A stretch of 64,000 nucleotides of DNA from an uncultured delta proteobacterium (GCA_963816395.1 CAWFKQ010000009.1:224001-288000); one strand, 5' to 3'. Shown: positions 41,218 through 52,576, numbered from the stretch's first letter. Program-made: numbers and translations. The notes: generated by a model not told the origin, from the sequence alone.

Positions 41218-43107
41218 CTAGCTCCGGCGAAGTTGCCGCAGCAACTGCCGCAGCAGTTGCCGCTCCCTCCGGGTCAGGCGCCGGTCGCGGAAAACGGCCC
41301 CGCCATAGACCTCGGCGAATTTCCGGCAGAGTGGATCGCCGAGCCTTTCGGCCAGTTCCAGCAGCCCTAGCGAAGCGGGTATGGACCCCAGCCGATGTTT
41401 TTTCCGCAGTCGGTGCAGAAAAAGGGTCAGGAGCCGCTCTTCCACCCGTCGCCGGCGCAGCAGGAGCAGGGCCGAAAACGCCAGCCCGGCAGCGGCCGGG
41501 AGCAGCAACCAGCCGTCCGCCGCCGGCCGCGGCAGGTGAAAGCCATGCACCTGACCGCCGAGCTGCTGCAATACCTGCACCTGCCGCCCCAGATCGTAGG
41601 TGATCACCATCCTGGTCCAGTAGTAGTCCAGGGCATCGAGCAATCGCTGCCCCGGCCCGGGGCCTTGCCGGGAAACCGAACCGGCGTTCTGCGCCAGCCG
41701 ACTCGGGTCGATACGCACCCAGCTCCGTCCATCCACCAGCGCCTCCACCCACACGTGGGCGGCGTCTTCGCTGACCAGGTAATATCCCCCCAGGGCATTA
41801 TAATCGCCGCCATGATAGCCCCCCACCAGCCGGCTCGGCACCCCGGACAACCGCAGCAGCAGGGCAAAGGAGGAGGCGAAGAATTCGCAGTAGCCCCGCT
41901 TGTTCTCGAACAGGAATTCTTCCACGGGCGCCTGCGGACCGGGCAGTTCGGTGGTGGCGTAAGAGAGCTGCTGGGCGAGGAAAAAATTCTCCAGCAGGGC
42001 TATCCGTTGGCCGTCGGTATTCCCTTCCGCAGCGATCCGCCGGGCAACCGCGAGCAGGCGGGGGGATACGGCGGCAGGTACCTGCAGATAGAAGGCCCGG
42101 TCTGTCCCGCCGACCACGTCCAGGCTGCTGCCGATAGCCGAGAGGGAATCGTATCTGAACAGCTGCCGGCGGTCCCGCCGGCTGGTGTAGACGAGGTCTG
42201 AGGCTTTATCGGCCCGGGTTCCTTCTAGGGCGAGGGGAGGATCGAGGGAGAACAGAAAGCGTTGCGTTCCCGGTTCCGGATAGAGCGTCTGCCGGATGCG
42301 CCGGCCGCCGCTGATCCGCACCGTTTCGGGCGGCGGCGGCCGCCGTACCCAGGCCGTCCCTTCCATGGCGTTGAGCACGGTTCCGCGCCAGTAAAGCTCC
42401 TCCGCCGGCAACTCCTCTCCCTCGGCGCGGAAGGCCACCGCTCTGGTCGCGGCCAGGCCGGCAAAGGCCCCCGGCTGCACCCGTTCGGCAAAGGCGGCGG
42501 TAGCCGTGGCGGGCGGGTTGAAAAAATTCCAGAGAGGATGACTGGTGCGGGGGAGGATCAGGAAGAAACCGAACATCAGGATCAGCGAGGCGAGCGGCAG
42601 CAGCAGGGCGGTCGAGAAGATCCGCCGCAGCTCTCCCCGGCCCAGGCGCAGCGTGGGGTCGGCGACATGGAAAGTCAGCAGCACCAGCCCGACGGTGACG
42701 CAGAGCACCAGCAGTATCAGGTAGACCAGAAAGCCGGCACTCAGGCTGAGCAGGGTGGAGGCGGCCAGGGCGAAGACGGCGAGGACGAAGATCTGCAGAT
42801 AGTTGCGCCCGGTCTTCTCGGTAACCAGCCGCATTGCCAGCAGCAGGACCAGGATATGCACCACCGGCTGCACCGGCTGCTGGCGGCTGATATTGAGCGC
42901 ATAGACCGTGAACATCAGGCAGGAGAGGACTGCGGCTGGAAGCTGTCGCAGGGGATAGTGTTCCCGGCGATCGCAGAGCATGCCGAACAGCAGGGCCGCC
43001 GGCCAGAATGCCTGCACCGGCCGGTCCAGACCGGAGTAGAGCGGCGCCACACCGAGCAGGCCGGCGGCATAGGCCAACAGGTTGAGCAGGGTCCTAAGTC
43101 TGATCAT
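41218..43107 (-). CDS. TgpA-like membrane transglutaminase (DUF3488 + transglutaminase core)
   Basis: Multiple TMs, LYWRG, GYCEFFAS, AHVWVE, WVRIDP. Confidence 0.88.
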   Translation of the reverse strand: MIRLRTLLNLLAYAAGLLGVAPLYSGLDRPVQAFWPAALLFGMLCDRREHYPLRQLPAAVLSCLMFTVYALNISRQQPVQPVVHILVLLLAMRLVTEKTGRNYLQIFVLAVFALAASTLLSLSAGFLVYLILLVLCVTVGLVLLTFHVADPTLRLGRGELRRIFSTALLLPLASLILMFGFFLILPRTSHPLWNFFNPPATATAAFAERVQPGAFAGLAATRAVAFRAEGEELPAEELYWRGTVLNAMEGTAWVRRPPPPETVRISGGRRIRQTLYPEPGTQRFLFSLDPPLALEGTRADKASDLVYTSRRDRRQLFRYDSLSAIGSSLDVVGGTDRAFYLQVPAAVSPRLLAVARRIAAEGNTDGQRIALLENFFLAQQLSYATTELPGPQAPVEEFLFENKRGYCEFFASSFALLLRLSGVPSRLVGGYHGGDYNALGGYYLVSEDAAHVWVEALVDGRSWVRIDPSRLAQNAGSVSRQGPGPGQRLLDALDYYWTRMVITYDLGRQVQVLQQLGGQVHGFHLPRPAADGWLLLPAAAGLAFSALLLLRRRRVEERLLTLFLHRLRKKHRLGSIPASLGLLELAERLGDPLCRKFAEVYGGAVFRDRRLTRRERQLLRQLLRQLRRS

Positions 43108-43956
43108 AATGGGCCAGCTCCGTCAGCAGTCGGAGCTTATGGGCACGGGAGAGGGCCGGCGGAATCATCCGCCCGACCATTTTCAGCCCCGCCGGCCGGC
43201 CCTCCCGCAGATAAAGATTGACCAGGTAGGAGCCGCAGCGCAGGCGCTCCTCCAGATCGCTGCCGGGCAGTCGGGCCGGATCGATGATCACCGGTTCCCG
43301 GAGGGCGGCGGAGAGCTCCCGCACCTTGAGTTCGATCCTGCCGGGCCGAGAGTTTCCAGTGGATCAGCTTCAGCGGCTCCCCCCGGTAATCGCGGATGCG
43401 GCTGAGATCCCCTTCATGGCCGCCGGTGATGGCCAGCGGTCTCCTCTGACTTGCCGCCGCCGCCGTCGGTCATGGCCGGACACCGGCGGGGCGCGGGGAA
43501 TACCGTGACCGGCTGATCGGCAGCCGTGCCGGTCCGGCGCACGAAGAAATTGATAGGGAAGGCCGAGCTGATCTGCAGACCGTGCAGAGGCCGGGTGCCC
43601 CGGCCGAAGAAGGTCAACGGCACCACCGCCGCCGCCGAGCTGCGCCTCCCGAGTGCGGTGAACAGCACGCTGCCGCCCGGCAGCGCCACCCGGATGAGAA
43701 AGGCGCCGAAGAACCGCTTGTGATTTTCCAGGCGGATGGTGACCGGGGCCGGAAGACCGTCGTAGACCTCCTCCGGGATTCTGACCGCAACCTCCAGGCG
43801 GGCGATGTTGCCGCGCCCCAGGACCCCGGAGACGGCCATGAATCCCAGCAGCGCCGAAACCAGCAGGTAAAGCAGGTTATTGCCGGTATTGACGGCGGCG
43901 AAGCCGAGGAGCAGGGTGATCAGGATATAGAGGGCGCCGGCCCGGGTCAGGGTCAG
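43094..43956 (-). CDS. DUF58 family protein (frameshifted; start approximate)
   Basis: GFAAVNTGNNLLYL N-terminus; position between MoxR and TgpA; C-terminal fragment ends ELAHYDQT. Confidence 0.75.
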
Positions 43957-44894
43957 ACCAGTGGCACCGGCAGTTCTTCGAGCAGCGATCTGAGTACCTC
44001 CTCCTTGCCGGCCGCTCCGTTTTCCGCCCGCAGGATCAGGCGGTGGGCGCCGACGGCCACGGCCACCGATTTGACGTCCTCCGGCAGGACGTAATCCCGT
44101 CCATCCAGGTAAGCGGCGGCCCGCGCCGTGTCCGCCAGACTGATGCCGCCGCGGGTGGAGAGGCCGGAAAGGACGAGCGCATGGCTGCGGGTGGCGGCCA
44201 CCAGGCGGTAAATATAATCGACCACCTTCTCCGACAGGTAGACCTGTTCGCGGATCCCCTGCCGGGCGGCCTGGATATCCTCCAGCGTCAGGAGGGGAGG
44301 GATGTGGCGGACTTCCTCGCGGATGCTTCCCCCCTTGATGATGGTTTTCTCGATATCCGCCGGCGGATATCCCACACCGGTGGTGATGAGGAAGCGGTCG
44401 AGCTGCGATTCGGGAAGGGGAAAGGTACCGATTTGTTCTACCGGATTCTGCGTGGCGATGACCAGGAACGGATCGGGGAGAGGGTAGGTGGTGCCTTCGA
44501 CGGTCACCCGCCGTTCCTCCATCGCCTCGAGCATGGCGCTCTGGGTTTTGGGCATGGCCCGGTTGATCTCGTCGGCCAGGACGATGTTGTTGAAGATCGG
44601 CCCGGGAATGAAACGGAAGCGGCTGTCGTTGCGGTCGAAGATAGACAGACCGGTGATGTCGGAAGGCAGCAGGTCGCTGGTGCACTGGATGCGCCCGAAG
44701 GAGAGGCCGAGGGCACGGGCCAGGGCGAGCGCCAGGGTGGTCTTGCCCAGGCCGGGGATATCCTCCAGCAGCAGATGGCCGCCGGCGAGCAGAGTAATCA
44801 TCGCCAGGCGAATGGCGCGAACCTTCCCCTGCAGGTAATGTTCGGTCAGGGTATCGATGACATGGAGGATTTCGCTTCGCTTGCGCAGGTTCAT
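43953..44894 (-). CDS. MoxR-family AAA+ ATPase
   Basis: HLLLEDIPGLGKTT, LADEINRA, ATQNPVE, FPLPESQLDRF. Confidence 0.93.
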   Translation of the reverse strand: MNLRKRSEILHVIDTLTEHYLQGKVRAIRLAMITLLAGGHLLLEDIPGLGKTTLALALARALGLSFGRIQCTSDLLPSDITGLSIFDRNDSRFRFIPGPIFNNIVLADEINRAMPKTQSAMLEAMEERRVTVEGTTYPLPDPFLVIATQNPVEQIGTFPLPESQLDRFLITTGVGYPPADIEKTIIKGGSIREEVRHIPPLLTLEDIQAARQGIREQVYLSEKVVDYIYRLVAATRSHALVLSGLSTRGGISLADTARAAAYLDGRDYVLPEDVKSVAVAVGAHRLILRAENGAAGKEEVLRSLLEELPVPLV

Positions 44895-44934
44895 GGCTTC
44901 GGCTCCGCCGAGCAGACAGCCGATTTTCAGCCGC

Positions 44935-45339
44935 TTAGGCCGGGGATTTTTCTTCCTGGTGCATGATCACCAGATAGCCGTCAGGATCGTGCAGCCACAC
45001 CTCGCGGCGGCCGAACTCCTCATCCTCCAGCTCGTACAGGGTATGCAGCTGCCGGCGGTCGATAGCCCGCAGGACAGGTCGGAGATCGTGGACGGCGAAT
45101 TCCAGGGTGACTCCGACCCCCCTGGGGTGACGGTCCAGATTCTGGAAGAGAGCCGGATGCAGGGCCTCCAGAACGACCGATTCGCGGAACAGGATGATGC
45201 TGTCGCCGCCGCTGAGCAGCAGGACCGGCGGCCGGCCGGGGAGAGGATGGAGCGCCTCGGGTTTCAGCCCCAGTACCTCCCGGTAGAAAGCGGCTGTTCG
45301 GTCCAGGTCGCGAACGGCCAGCGTGAGAGTAAAATTCAT
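44935..45339 (-). CDS. VOC/glyoxalase family protein
   Basis: LAVRDLDRTAAFYREVLGL, FGRREVWLHDPDGY. Confidence 0.82.
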   Translation of the reverse strand: MNFTLTLAVRDLDRTAAFYREVLGLKPEALHPLPGRPPVLLLSGGDSIILFRESVVLEALHPALFQNLDRHPRGVGVTLEFAVHDLRPVLRAIDRRQLHTLYELEDEEFGRREVWLHDPDGYLVIMHQEEKSPA

Positions 45340-45472
45340 GAGGGAATTTCTCCTCCAGGGGATCAGTGGCCGCCAGACCGCGGGGGTGGGGAAGTTGACT
45401 CGCCGCGAAGAGCTGTGGTTTAATGGCTCCGGTTTCGCAGCGCGGCAATCCTGCGGGCAGCGGGCATCAGTC

Positions 45473-45970
45473 ATGGTGACGGCATTTCTGGCTTTCGGCT
45501 CCAACCTCGGAAATCGACTGGCGATCTTTCAGGGTGCCCGCGCGGTGTTGCGCCGGACGGCCGGCCTGCGGATCACGGCCATTTCCCCCCTCTACGAGAC
45601 CACTCCAGTCGGCGGTCCGCCGGGACAGGGAGATTACCTCAATGCGGTGCTGCGGATCGCGACCGCTCAGCCTGCCCGCGACCTGCTGCGTTTGTGCCTG
45701 GCGGTTGAAGGGCAATTCGGCCGGGAACGGAAGGAGACCTGGGGGGCGCGCACTCTTGATATCGACCTGCTGCTCTACGGCGACGAAATTCACCGCGAGA
45801 CCGATCTGATGATTCCTCACCCGCAAATGCATCTGCGCCCCTTTGTCCTCCTGCCGCTGATGGCGCTGGCCCCGGACCTGCTGCATCCCCAACTGGAACA
45901 GACCCCCCGGCAGCTGCTGGCCCGCTTCCCCACTACCCAGGGGGTGCGCCGCCTGGCCGAAAAATGGTGA
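45473..45970 (+). CDS. folK: 2-amino-4-hydroxy-6-hydroxymethyldihydropteridine diphosphokinase
   Basis: GSNLG, YLNAV, WGARTLDIDLL, IPHP. Confidence 0.94.
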   Translation: MVTAFLAFGSNLGNRLAIFQGARAVLRRTAGLRITAISPLYETTPVGGPPGQGDYLNAVLRIATAQPARDLLRLCLAVEGQFGRERKETWGARTLDIDLLLYGDEIHRETDLMIPHPQMHLRPFVLLPLMALAPDLLHPQLEQTPRQLLARFPTTQGVRRLAEKW

Positions 45971-45974
45971 GCCG

Positions 45975-46229
45975 ATGATCCGCCTGCTGCTTCTGGCCAT
46001 CCTTTTCTTTCTGGCCTATACCGTCTACACGGCCCTGATCCGGACTCTGCCGCGGGGGCGCGACGCCTCCCTGCCGCGGGAAAAAACCCGGCGCGGGGAG
46101 GATATGGTGCAGGATCCCCGCTGCGGCACCTACATCCCCCGCAGTGGCGCGGTGGAAAAGACGGTCAAAGGGAAGCGGTATTTTTTTTGCTCGGAAGAAT
46201 GCCGGGACATCTTTTTCACTGGGGACTAA
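45975..46229 (+). CDS. Small membrane-anchored TRASH/YHS (PP0621-like) protein
   Basis: N-terminal TM, MVQDPRCGTYIP, YFFCSEEC. Confidence 0.78.
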   Translation: MIRLLLLAILFFLAYTVYTALIRTLPRGRDASLPREKTRRGEDMVQDPRCGTYIPRSGAVEKTVKGKRYFFCSEECRDIFFTGD

Positions 46230-46372
46230 GCCGCCGCTGTCGGCATTTTTCCCGAGGGCAATGGTCTCTTCAGCCAATACCTGAAAGCATATCACGCAAG
46301 CCCCGTGAGGGCCGGATTTTTTCTCACACGAAAAGTCTTTCACGCCTCCATCCATAGCATAGAGGAGCCATT

Positions 46373-47020
46373 ATGAAATTTTTCATCGACAGTGCCGATG
46401 TTGCCGAAATCCGGGCCGCCCACGGTCTGGGGCTGGTCGACGGGGTTACCACCAACCCCTCCCTGGTCGCCAAGAGCGGCCGGGACTTCCGGGAAGTCAT
46501 CACCGAGATCGCCTCTTTTGTCGATGGTCCCATCTCCGCCGAGGTGATCGCCACGGATGCCGCCGGCATGGTACGCGAGGGGCAGGAGCTGGTCAAGATC
46601 AACCCCAAGAACGTCGTGATCAAGGTTCCCATGACGGCGGATGGATTGAAGGCGGCACACATCTTCAACACCGAGGGGATCAAAACCAATGTCACCCTGG
46701 TTTTTTCCCCCCTGCAGGCGCTGCTGGCGGCTAAGGCGGGGGCGACTTACGTCTCTCCCTTCATCGGCCGCCTCGACGATGTCGGGCACGACGGGATGGA
46801 GGGGATCGAACAGATCCGCACCATTTTCGATAACTACGGTTACCAGACGGAAATCATCGTCGCCTCGGTGCGCTCCCCCCTGCACGTTCTCCGGGCCGCC
46901 CTGATCGGCGCCGATATCTGCACTATCCCCCATACCGTCATTATGCAACTGGCCAAACACCCGCTGACCGATGTGGGGATCGAGAAATTTCTCTCTGACT
47001 GGAAAAAAGGGCAGAAATAA
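46373..47020 (+). CDS. fsa: Transaldolase / fructose-6-phosphate aldolase family
   Basis: [39 protein letters not shown]. Confidence 0.92.
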   Translation: MKFFIDSADVAEIRAAHGLGLVDGVTTNPSLVAKSGRDFREVITEIASFVDGPISAEVIATDAAGMVREGQELVKINPKNVVIKVPMTADGLKAAHIFNTEGIKTNVTLVFSPLQALLAAKAGATYVSPFIGRLDDVGHDGMEGIEQIRTIFDNYGYQTEIIVASVRSPLHVLRAALIGADICTIPHTVIMQLAKHPLTDVGIEKFLSDWKKGQK

Positions 47021-47054
47021 GGGTCCTCCCATTCTCCTGTTCCCCTCCCGCCAA

Positions 47055-47106
47055 GCCGGCCTGCCTGCCTCCTCTGCCCGAGAGGGGGCCGGGCAGGCCG
47101 GTTTTT
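47055..47106 (+). terminator. Intrinsic terminator after fsa
   Basis: GCCGGCCTGCCTG...CGGGCAGGCCGGT long stem followed by a T tract. Confidence 0.7.
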
Positions 47107-47302
47107 CTCTTGCCTGTGATTTCCGTGATTCGGTGGTAAATTTGTATTGTTTTAGGGCATTGGTCACCGTGAAGGATGGAGGGATTAACCATAGGCTATG
47201 AATTTCTCTTCATAACGGCTGTGCCGCCGCTGGCCTGGCGACCTATTCCGTTTACGGCTGAAGGCACTGTGGTCGGCACCGTTTCCCACCGATGAGGCGA
47301 GA

Positions 47303-48466
47303 ATGAACATTCACGAATACCAGGCCAAAGAGATTCTCCGAAAGTTCGGCGTGGCCGTCCCCGACGGGCATGTCTGCTACAACAGTGCCAGTGCCCGCGA
47401 TTGGGCCAAGCGCATCGGCGAGGGTCCCTGGGTGGTAAAGGCGCAGATCCATGCCGGTGGGCGCGGCAAGGGCGGGGGTGTCAAGCTGGCCCGCACCCCG
47501 GACGAGGTCCGGGATATCGCCCGGGAGATGATCGGCATGACCCTGGTCACCCACCAGACCGGTCCCGCCGGGAAACTGGTCAAGCGGGTTCTGGTGGAAA
47601 AAGCCTGTAATATCGCCCGGGAGCTTTATGTCAGCCTGCTGGTCGACCGTTCCACTTCCAAGGTGACCCTGATGGCCTCGACCGAAGGGGGAATGGACAT
47701 CGAGGAGGTGGCGGCCAGAACACCGGAGAAGATCCTCAAGGAACCGATCGACCCGCTGGTTGGTCTCGCTCCTTTCCAGTGCCGCAAGGTCGCTTTCGCT
47801 CTCGGCATGGTCGGAAAGCAGGTTGGCCTGGCGGTCAAACTGCTGGGTGGACTCTACGAGGCATTCGTCAATGCCGACTGTTCCCTGCTCGAAGTCAACC
47901 CGCTGGTGGTGACTGGCGAAGGGGAACTGCTGGCCCTGGATGCCAAGTTCAATTTCGATGACAACGCGCTGTTCCGGCACCGGCTGATCCGCGACATGCG
48001 CGATTATGACGAGGAGGACCACTTCGAAATCGAGGCCTCCCAGTACGACCTGTCCTATATCGCCCTCGACGGCAATATCGGCTGCCTGGTGAACGGCGCC
48101 GGCCTGGCCATGGCGACCATGGATATCATCAAGCATTACGGGGGCGAGCCGGCCAATTTCCTCGATGTCGGCGGCGGCGCTACCATCGAGCGGGTCACCG
48201 AGGCATTTAAAATCATCCTCTCCGATGCCAAGGTCAAGGGGATTCTGGTCAATATCTTCGGCGGCATCATGCGGTGCGACGTCATTGCCACCGGCGTAAT
48301 CGAAGCGGCCAAGCAGGTCGGCATTCAAGTGCCGCTGGTGGTGCGGCTGGAAGGGACTAACGTCGAGAAGGGAAAACAGATGCTGGCCGAAAGCGGACTT
48401 AACATCGTCACTGCCGATGGCATGGCCGATGCCGCGGAGAAGATCGTCAAGGCGGTCGCCGCCTGA
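47303..48466 (+). CDS. sucC: Succinyl-CoA synthetase beta subunit
   Basis: [44 protein letters not shown]. Confidence 0.97.
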   Translation: MNIHEYQAKEILRKFGVAVPDGHVCYNSASARDWAKRIGEGPWVVKAQIHAGGRGKGGGVKLARTPDEVRDIAREMIGMTLVTHQTGPAGKLVKRVLVEKACNIARELYVSLLVDRSTSKVTLMASTEGGMDIEEVAARTPEKILKEPIDPLVGLAPFQCRKVAFALGMVGKQVGLAVKLLGGLYEAFVNADCSLLEVNPLVVTGEGELLALDAKFNFDDNALFRHRLIRDMRDYDEEDHFEIEASQYDLSYIALDGNIGCLVNGAGLAMATMDIIKHYGGEPANFLDVGGGATIERVTEAFKIILSDAKVKGILVNIFGGIMRCDVIATGVIEAAKQVGIQVPLVVRLEGTNVEKGKQMLAESGLNIVTADGMADAAEKIVKAVAA

Positions 48467-48471
48467 AAGGC

Positions 48472-48543
48472 CGGCTAACGGCGCGGCTAGCGGCACGCGG
48501 TGAAACCCAAGGCCGCTCGCCGTTAGCCTCGAGCCGCTAGCCG
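48472..48543. repeat. Intergenic paired inverted repeats
   Basis: GGCTAACGGC and GGCTAGCGGC followed by their exact reverse complements GCCGTTAGCC and GCCGCTAGCC. Confidence 0.7.
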
Positions 48544-48569
48544 ATTTCGTTTATCACAGGAGACCCCCT

Positions 48570-49443
48570 ATGAGCATCCTTGTCGATAAGAATACGAAAG
48601 TGATAACGCAAGGGATTACCGGGGCCACCGGCCTCTTCCATGCGCAGGCGGCGCGCGAGTACGGCACGCAGATGGTCGGCGGCGTCACCCCTGGCAAGGG
48701 GGGGATGGTGATCGATGATTTCCCTGTCTTCAATACAGTGGCCGAGGCGGTGCGGGAAACCGGGGCCAACGCCTCGGTCATCTACGTGCCACCCAACCAT
48801 GCCGCCGATGCCATCATGGAGGCGGTCGATGCCGAACTCGACCTGGTCTGCTGCATCACCGAAGGGATCCCGGTGCTGGACATGGTCCGGGTCAAGCATT
48901 ATATGCTCGGCCGCAAGGCGCGGCTGGTCGGTCCCAACTGTCCCGGGGTCATCACTCCCGGCGAGTGCAAGATCGGCATCATGCCAGGCTATATTCACAA
49001 ACCCGGCCCGGTCGGCATCGTCTCCCGCTCCGGTACCCTGACCTACGAGGCGGTATGGCAGCTGACCACCCAGGGGATGGGCCAATCCACCTGTGTGGGG
49101 ATCGGCGGCGACCCGGTGAACGGCACCAATTTTGTCGATGTGCTCAGAATGTTTCAGGAAGATCCCGCAACCGAGGCGGTGATCATGATCGGAGAAATCG
49201 GCGGCACCGCCGAAGAGGAGGCCGCCCGCTTCGTCTGCGACTACATGGACAAGCCGGTGGCCGCCTTCATCGCCGGACGCACCGCGCCTCCCGGCAAGCG
49301 CATGGGACACGCTGGCGCCATTATTTCCGGTGGCCAGGGGACGGCCGAGGAGAAGATCGCCACAGTTGACGGAGTGTGGCATCAGTATCGCCCAGACACC
49401 GGCGGAAATGGCTCAGGCGCTGCTCAGAATCTACCAAGCATAA
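48570..49443 (+). CDS. sucD: Succinyl-CoA synthetase alpha subunit (frameshift near 49365)
   Basis: [27 protein letters not shown] phospho-His motif. Confidence 0.95.
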
Positions 49444-49521
49444 CTGCGAATCGTCTTCGGCTTCGCGGGCGTCGGGAGGGTCTCCTCCCGACGCCCTTTC
49501 CGTTGGTGCGGCAGCGAAACC

Positions 49522-49815
49522 TCAGATTCGGGCGGCACGCACACGGGACGGAAGATTGCCCCTTCCCGTTTGCCGGGCTTTGAGGGCCGCCATGCACATC
49601 GCCTCCGGCGTCGAACGGCCGTGGCCGCTGGCCAGCAGATTTCCCGAGTTCGGATCGACGAGAAGAAATTCGTGCTCCCCTTCCGGGTTCAAGCCGAGAT
49701 ACCGGCAGGCGGCGCCGACCCGGGCGAGAACTTTCCAGGCAGCCGAGATGTTTCGGGTGGGATCCAGGGGATCATTGCCGTCCCACAGTTTTTCCGCAAC
49801 CAGCCGCACTCTCAT
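49522..49815 (-). CDS. Hypothetical protein resembling the phage ABA-sandwich (BC1872-like) domain
   Basis: [12 protein letters not shown] and [13 protein letters not shown] motifs; AAGGAG RBS. Confidence 0.55.
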   Translation of the reverse strand: MRVRLVAEKLWDGNDPLDPTRNISAAWKVLARVGAACRYLGLNPEGEHEFLLVDPNSGNLLASGHGRSTPEAMCMAALKARQTGRGNLPSRVRAARI

Positions 49816-50176
49816 GACCAGCTCCTTTGGTAAAATATACCAGAAATAGTTTTGACGAGGCCAGAAAACACGGACGAACACCCCTTGCCTCGACAGCTAA
49901 AAGGTAAATAATCCTATTTATGGTTGGAATGTTAGCAGATTTTTTTCTTTTGACAAGGGCTTTTCTGCTCTAGCCTCGTCCTCCGGACATAAATTCAAAC
50001 TATCCGCACAGGCGGTATTTTTTGATCTTGCGGTGCAGGGTGCCGATCGGCGGGAAAAAACCGCTGCGCCAGATCTGCTTTATTCTGCTACGAAGCGGGG
50101 CTCTCCGGGGGGATCTCCCTCACAGAATCGCCGCCGGCGGCCGAGCAAAAATGCTTCTGACCGGGGCAGCTCCCGG

Positions 50177-50206
50177 TTGACTTGCGGGGCTTAGACTCTA
50201 TATAGT
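50177..50206 (+). promoter_or_regulatory. sigma70 promoter of the def-fmt operon
   Basis: TTGACT-18 bp-TATAGT. Confidence 0.55.
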
Positions 50207-50264
50207 TACTGAATAACTTGGGCGGGGCCGGCCTGTTGTCCGCCCCAAGGAGGAGCTGAATTCG

Positions 50265-50783
50265 ATGGCCATTCTGCGCATCCGGCATTATCCCGAACCG
50301 GTGCTCAAACAGATATCCGCGCCGGTGACGGTTTTCGATACTGAACTGAAGACTCTCGCCCGGGATATGGCGGAAACGATGTACGCCGCCCCCGGGGTTG
50401 GCCTGGCCGCACCACAGGTAGGGGTGTTGAAGCGTCTGGTGGTGATCGACTGTGCCCCCAAGGATTCCCCTCCCGAACTCCTGACCCTGGTCAACCCGGA
50501 GATCCGCGAGCGGGAAGGGGAAGCCTACGAGGAGGAAGGTTGCCTCTCGGTCCCCGGCTATTACGCCCCGGTGCAGCGCAGTGCCCGGGTCAAGGTGGTC
50601 TATTGCGATCTGGACGGGAAGCCGGTCGAGCGGGAGGCCGATGGCCTGCTGGCCATCGCTTTCCAGCATGAGATCGATCACCTCGACGGCATCCTCTTCG
50701 TCGACCACCTCTCGCCCCTGAAGAAGGGGCTCTTCCGCAAGAAATTCAAGAAGATCCAGGAACAGCAGCAGGAGCAGCTATGA
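50265..50783 (+). CDS. def: Peptide deformylase
   Basis: GVGLAAPQVG, EGCLS, QHEIDHLDG. Confidence 0.97.
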   Translation: MAILRIRHYPEPVLKQISAPVTVFDTELKTLARDMAETMYAAPGVGLAAPQVGVLKRLVVIDCAPKDSPPELLTLVNPEIREREGEAYEEEGCLSVPGYYAPVQRSARVKVVYCDLDGKPVEREADGLLAIAFQHEIDHLDGILFVDHLSPLKKGLFRKKFKKIQEQQQEQL

Positions 50784-51724
50784 TCAACCCGCACAACCTG
50801 CGGACGGTCTTCATGGGGACCCCGGAATTCGCCATCCCCACTCTGGAGGGGTTGATCGAATCCGGGGTACGCCTGGTGGCTGTCTTCACCCAGCCCGACC
50901 GACCGAAGGGAAGGGGAAATCTGCTCGCCGCGCCACCGGTGAAAGAGCTGGCGCAGCGCCGCGGCATCCCCGTGCACCAGCCGCTACGGCTGCGGGAGCC
51001 GGCGGTGGTGGAAGAGTTGAAACGGCTGGCTCCCGAGTTGATCGTGGTGGTCGCCTTCGGCCAGATTCTGCCGAAAAGCGTGCTGGAAATTCCCCGCTTC
51101 GGCTGCATCAACGTCCATGCTTCCCTGCTGCCCCGCTTCCGCGGAGCCTCCCCCATCAACAAGGCGATCATGGAAGGGGAGGCGGTCACCGGAGTCACCA
51201 CCATGCTGATGGATGTGGGGCTCGATACCGGTCCTATGCTGGTCAAGAAATCGATTCCCATCGGTCCCGATGAGACCGCCGGCGAGCTGCACGACCGCCT
51301 GGCACTGCTCGGCCGGGAAGCGATGGTGGAGACTCTCGGCCGTCTCTGCGCCGGGACCCTGCGGCCGGAGGTGCAGGAGGATGCCCATAGCAGCTACGCG
51401 CCGATGCTGCAGAAGGATGACGGCCGGATCGACTGGCGCCGGCCGGCGGCGGTGATCCACAATCAGGTGCGCGGACTCGATCCCTGGCCGGGCGCCTTTA
51501 CCTTCCTGGATGGGGAGCTGCTGAAAATCGCCCGCACCGCCGCCGAACCGGGTCACGGCGAGCCGGGTACGGTGCTCTCCGCCGGCACTGATGGCCTGCG
51601 GATCGCCTGCGGCGAGGGGGTGCTGCGCGTCGGTGAGCTGCAGCTGCCGGGGAAGAAACGTCTTCCCTCCCCCGAGTTCCTGCGCGGCCGCCCCATCCCG
51701 CCCGGCACCCGCCTGGAGTCCTGA
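50780..51724 (+). CDS. fmt: Methionyl-tRNA formyltransferase
   Basis: FMGTPEFA, TQPDRPKGRG, INVHASLLPRFRGASPI, GLDTG. Confidence 0.96.
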   Translation: MINPHNLRTVFMGTPEFAIPTLEGLIESGVRLVAVFTQPDRPKGRGNLLAAPPVKELAQRRGIPVHQPLRLREPAVVEELKRLAPELIVVVAFGQILPKSVLEIPRFGCINVHASLLPRFRGASPINKAIMEGEAVTGVTTMLMDVGLDTGPMLVKKSIPIGPDETAGELHDRLALLGREAMVETLGRLCAGTLRPEVQEDAHSSYAPMLQKDDGRIDWRRPAAVIHNQVRGLDPWPGAFTFLDGELLKIARTAAEPGHGEPGTVLSAGTDGLRIACGEGVLRVGELQLPGKKRLPSPEFLRGRPIPPGTRLES

Positions 51725-52501
51725 GTGAGCACTGCTGAAACCCCGGAATCTTTCCAGCCGCGCAAGCGGCTCTTCATCGGCCTGCTCACCGTCGCCTGCA
51801 CCTGCGTTCTCGGCCTGGCTTTTTTCCTGTGGTGGATACCAAGTGTCGGTCTGGTCCATATCCATCCGCTGCTGCCGTTACTTTTCGGACTGGTGCTGGG
51901 CGGCATCTCCCTGCTCATCGTCGGCGGCCTGACCCTGCTGATTTTCACCCTTCTCTCGGGTAAAGATCTTTTCTTCTCGCAGCGCTTGCGGGGGGTCGTC
52001 ATCCGTTACCTCTTCCCCGGCATCATCAGCCTGGGGCGGCTGGCAGGGATCGACCGCGATACCCTGCAGCAGTCTTTCATTGCCCTGAACAATCAGCTGG
52101 TGCGGGCCAAAAAGCTGCGGGTGACGCCGGATCGAGCGCTGATCCTGCTGCCGCACTGCATCCAGCTCTTCGACTGCCCGATCAAGATCACCGGCGATGT
52201 GAATAAATGCATCCGCTGCGGCAAGTGCGACATCAAGGATCTGGCGGAGCTCGCCAGGGACCGGCATATCGATATCGCCGTCGCCACCGGCGGCACCCTG
52301 GCGCGCAAGATCATCGTCGAGAAGCGGCCCCGCTTCATTCTCGCCGTCGCCTGCGAAAGGGACCTCACCTCGGGAATTCGCGATGCCTATCCTCTGCCGG
52401 TAATCGGCGTTCTCAACCGTCGGCCGCACGGTCCCTGCTTCAATACCAACGTCGTTCTCACCGAGGTGCTCCGCGCCTTGGACGAACATGTCATTTCCTG
52501 A
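51725..52501 (+). CDS. DUF116 family membrane protein
   Basis: LLPHCIQ, CIRCGKCDI, ATGGTLAR, AVACERDL. Confidence 0.82.
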   Translation: MSTAETPESFQPRKRLFIGLLTVACTCVLGLAFFLWWIPSVGLVHIHPLLPLLFGLVLGGISLLIVGGLTLLIFTLLSGKDLFFSQRLRGVVIRYLFPGIISLGRLAGIDRDTLQQSFIALNNQLVRAKKLRVTPDRALILLPHCIQLFDCPIKITGDVNKCIRCGKCDIKDLAELARDRHIDIAVATGGTLARKIIVEKRPRFILAVACERDLTSGIRDAYPLPVIGVLNRRPHGPCFNTNVVLTEVLRALDEHVIS

Positions 52502-52576
52502 TGCCCTTGCTTTTCCTTCTGCCGCTATTTATATTTTAAGAAGCGAAAACAGCGGAAGAAAGAGGTCAGAGAGAAT

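Noticed and set aside
41218..44894. MoxR-DUF58-transglutaminase as a novel system
   Set aside because: This triad is a widespread, already described gene arrangement.
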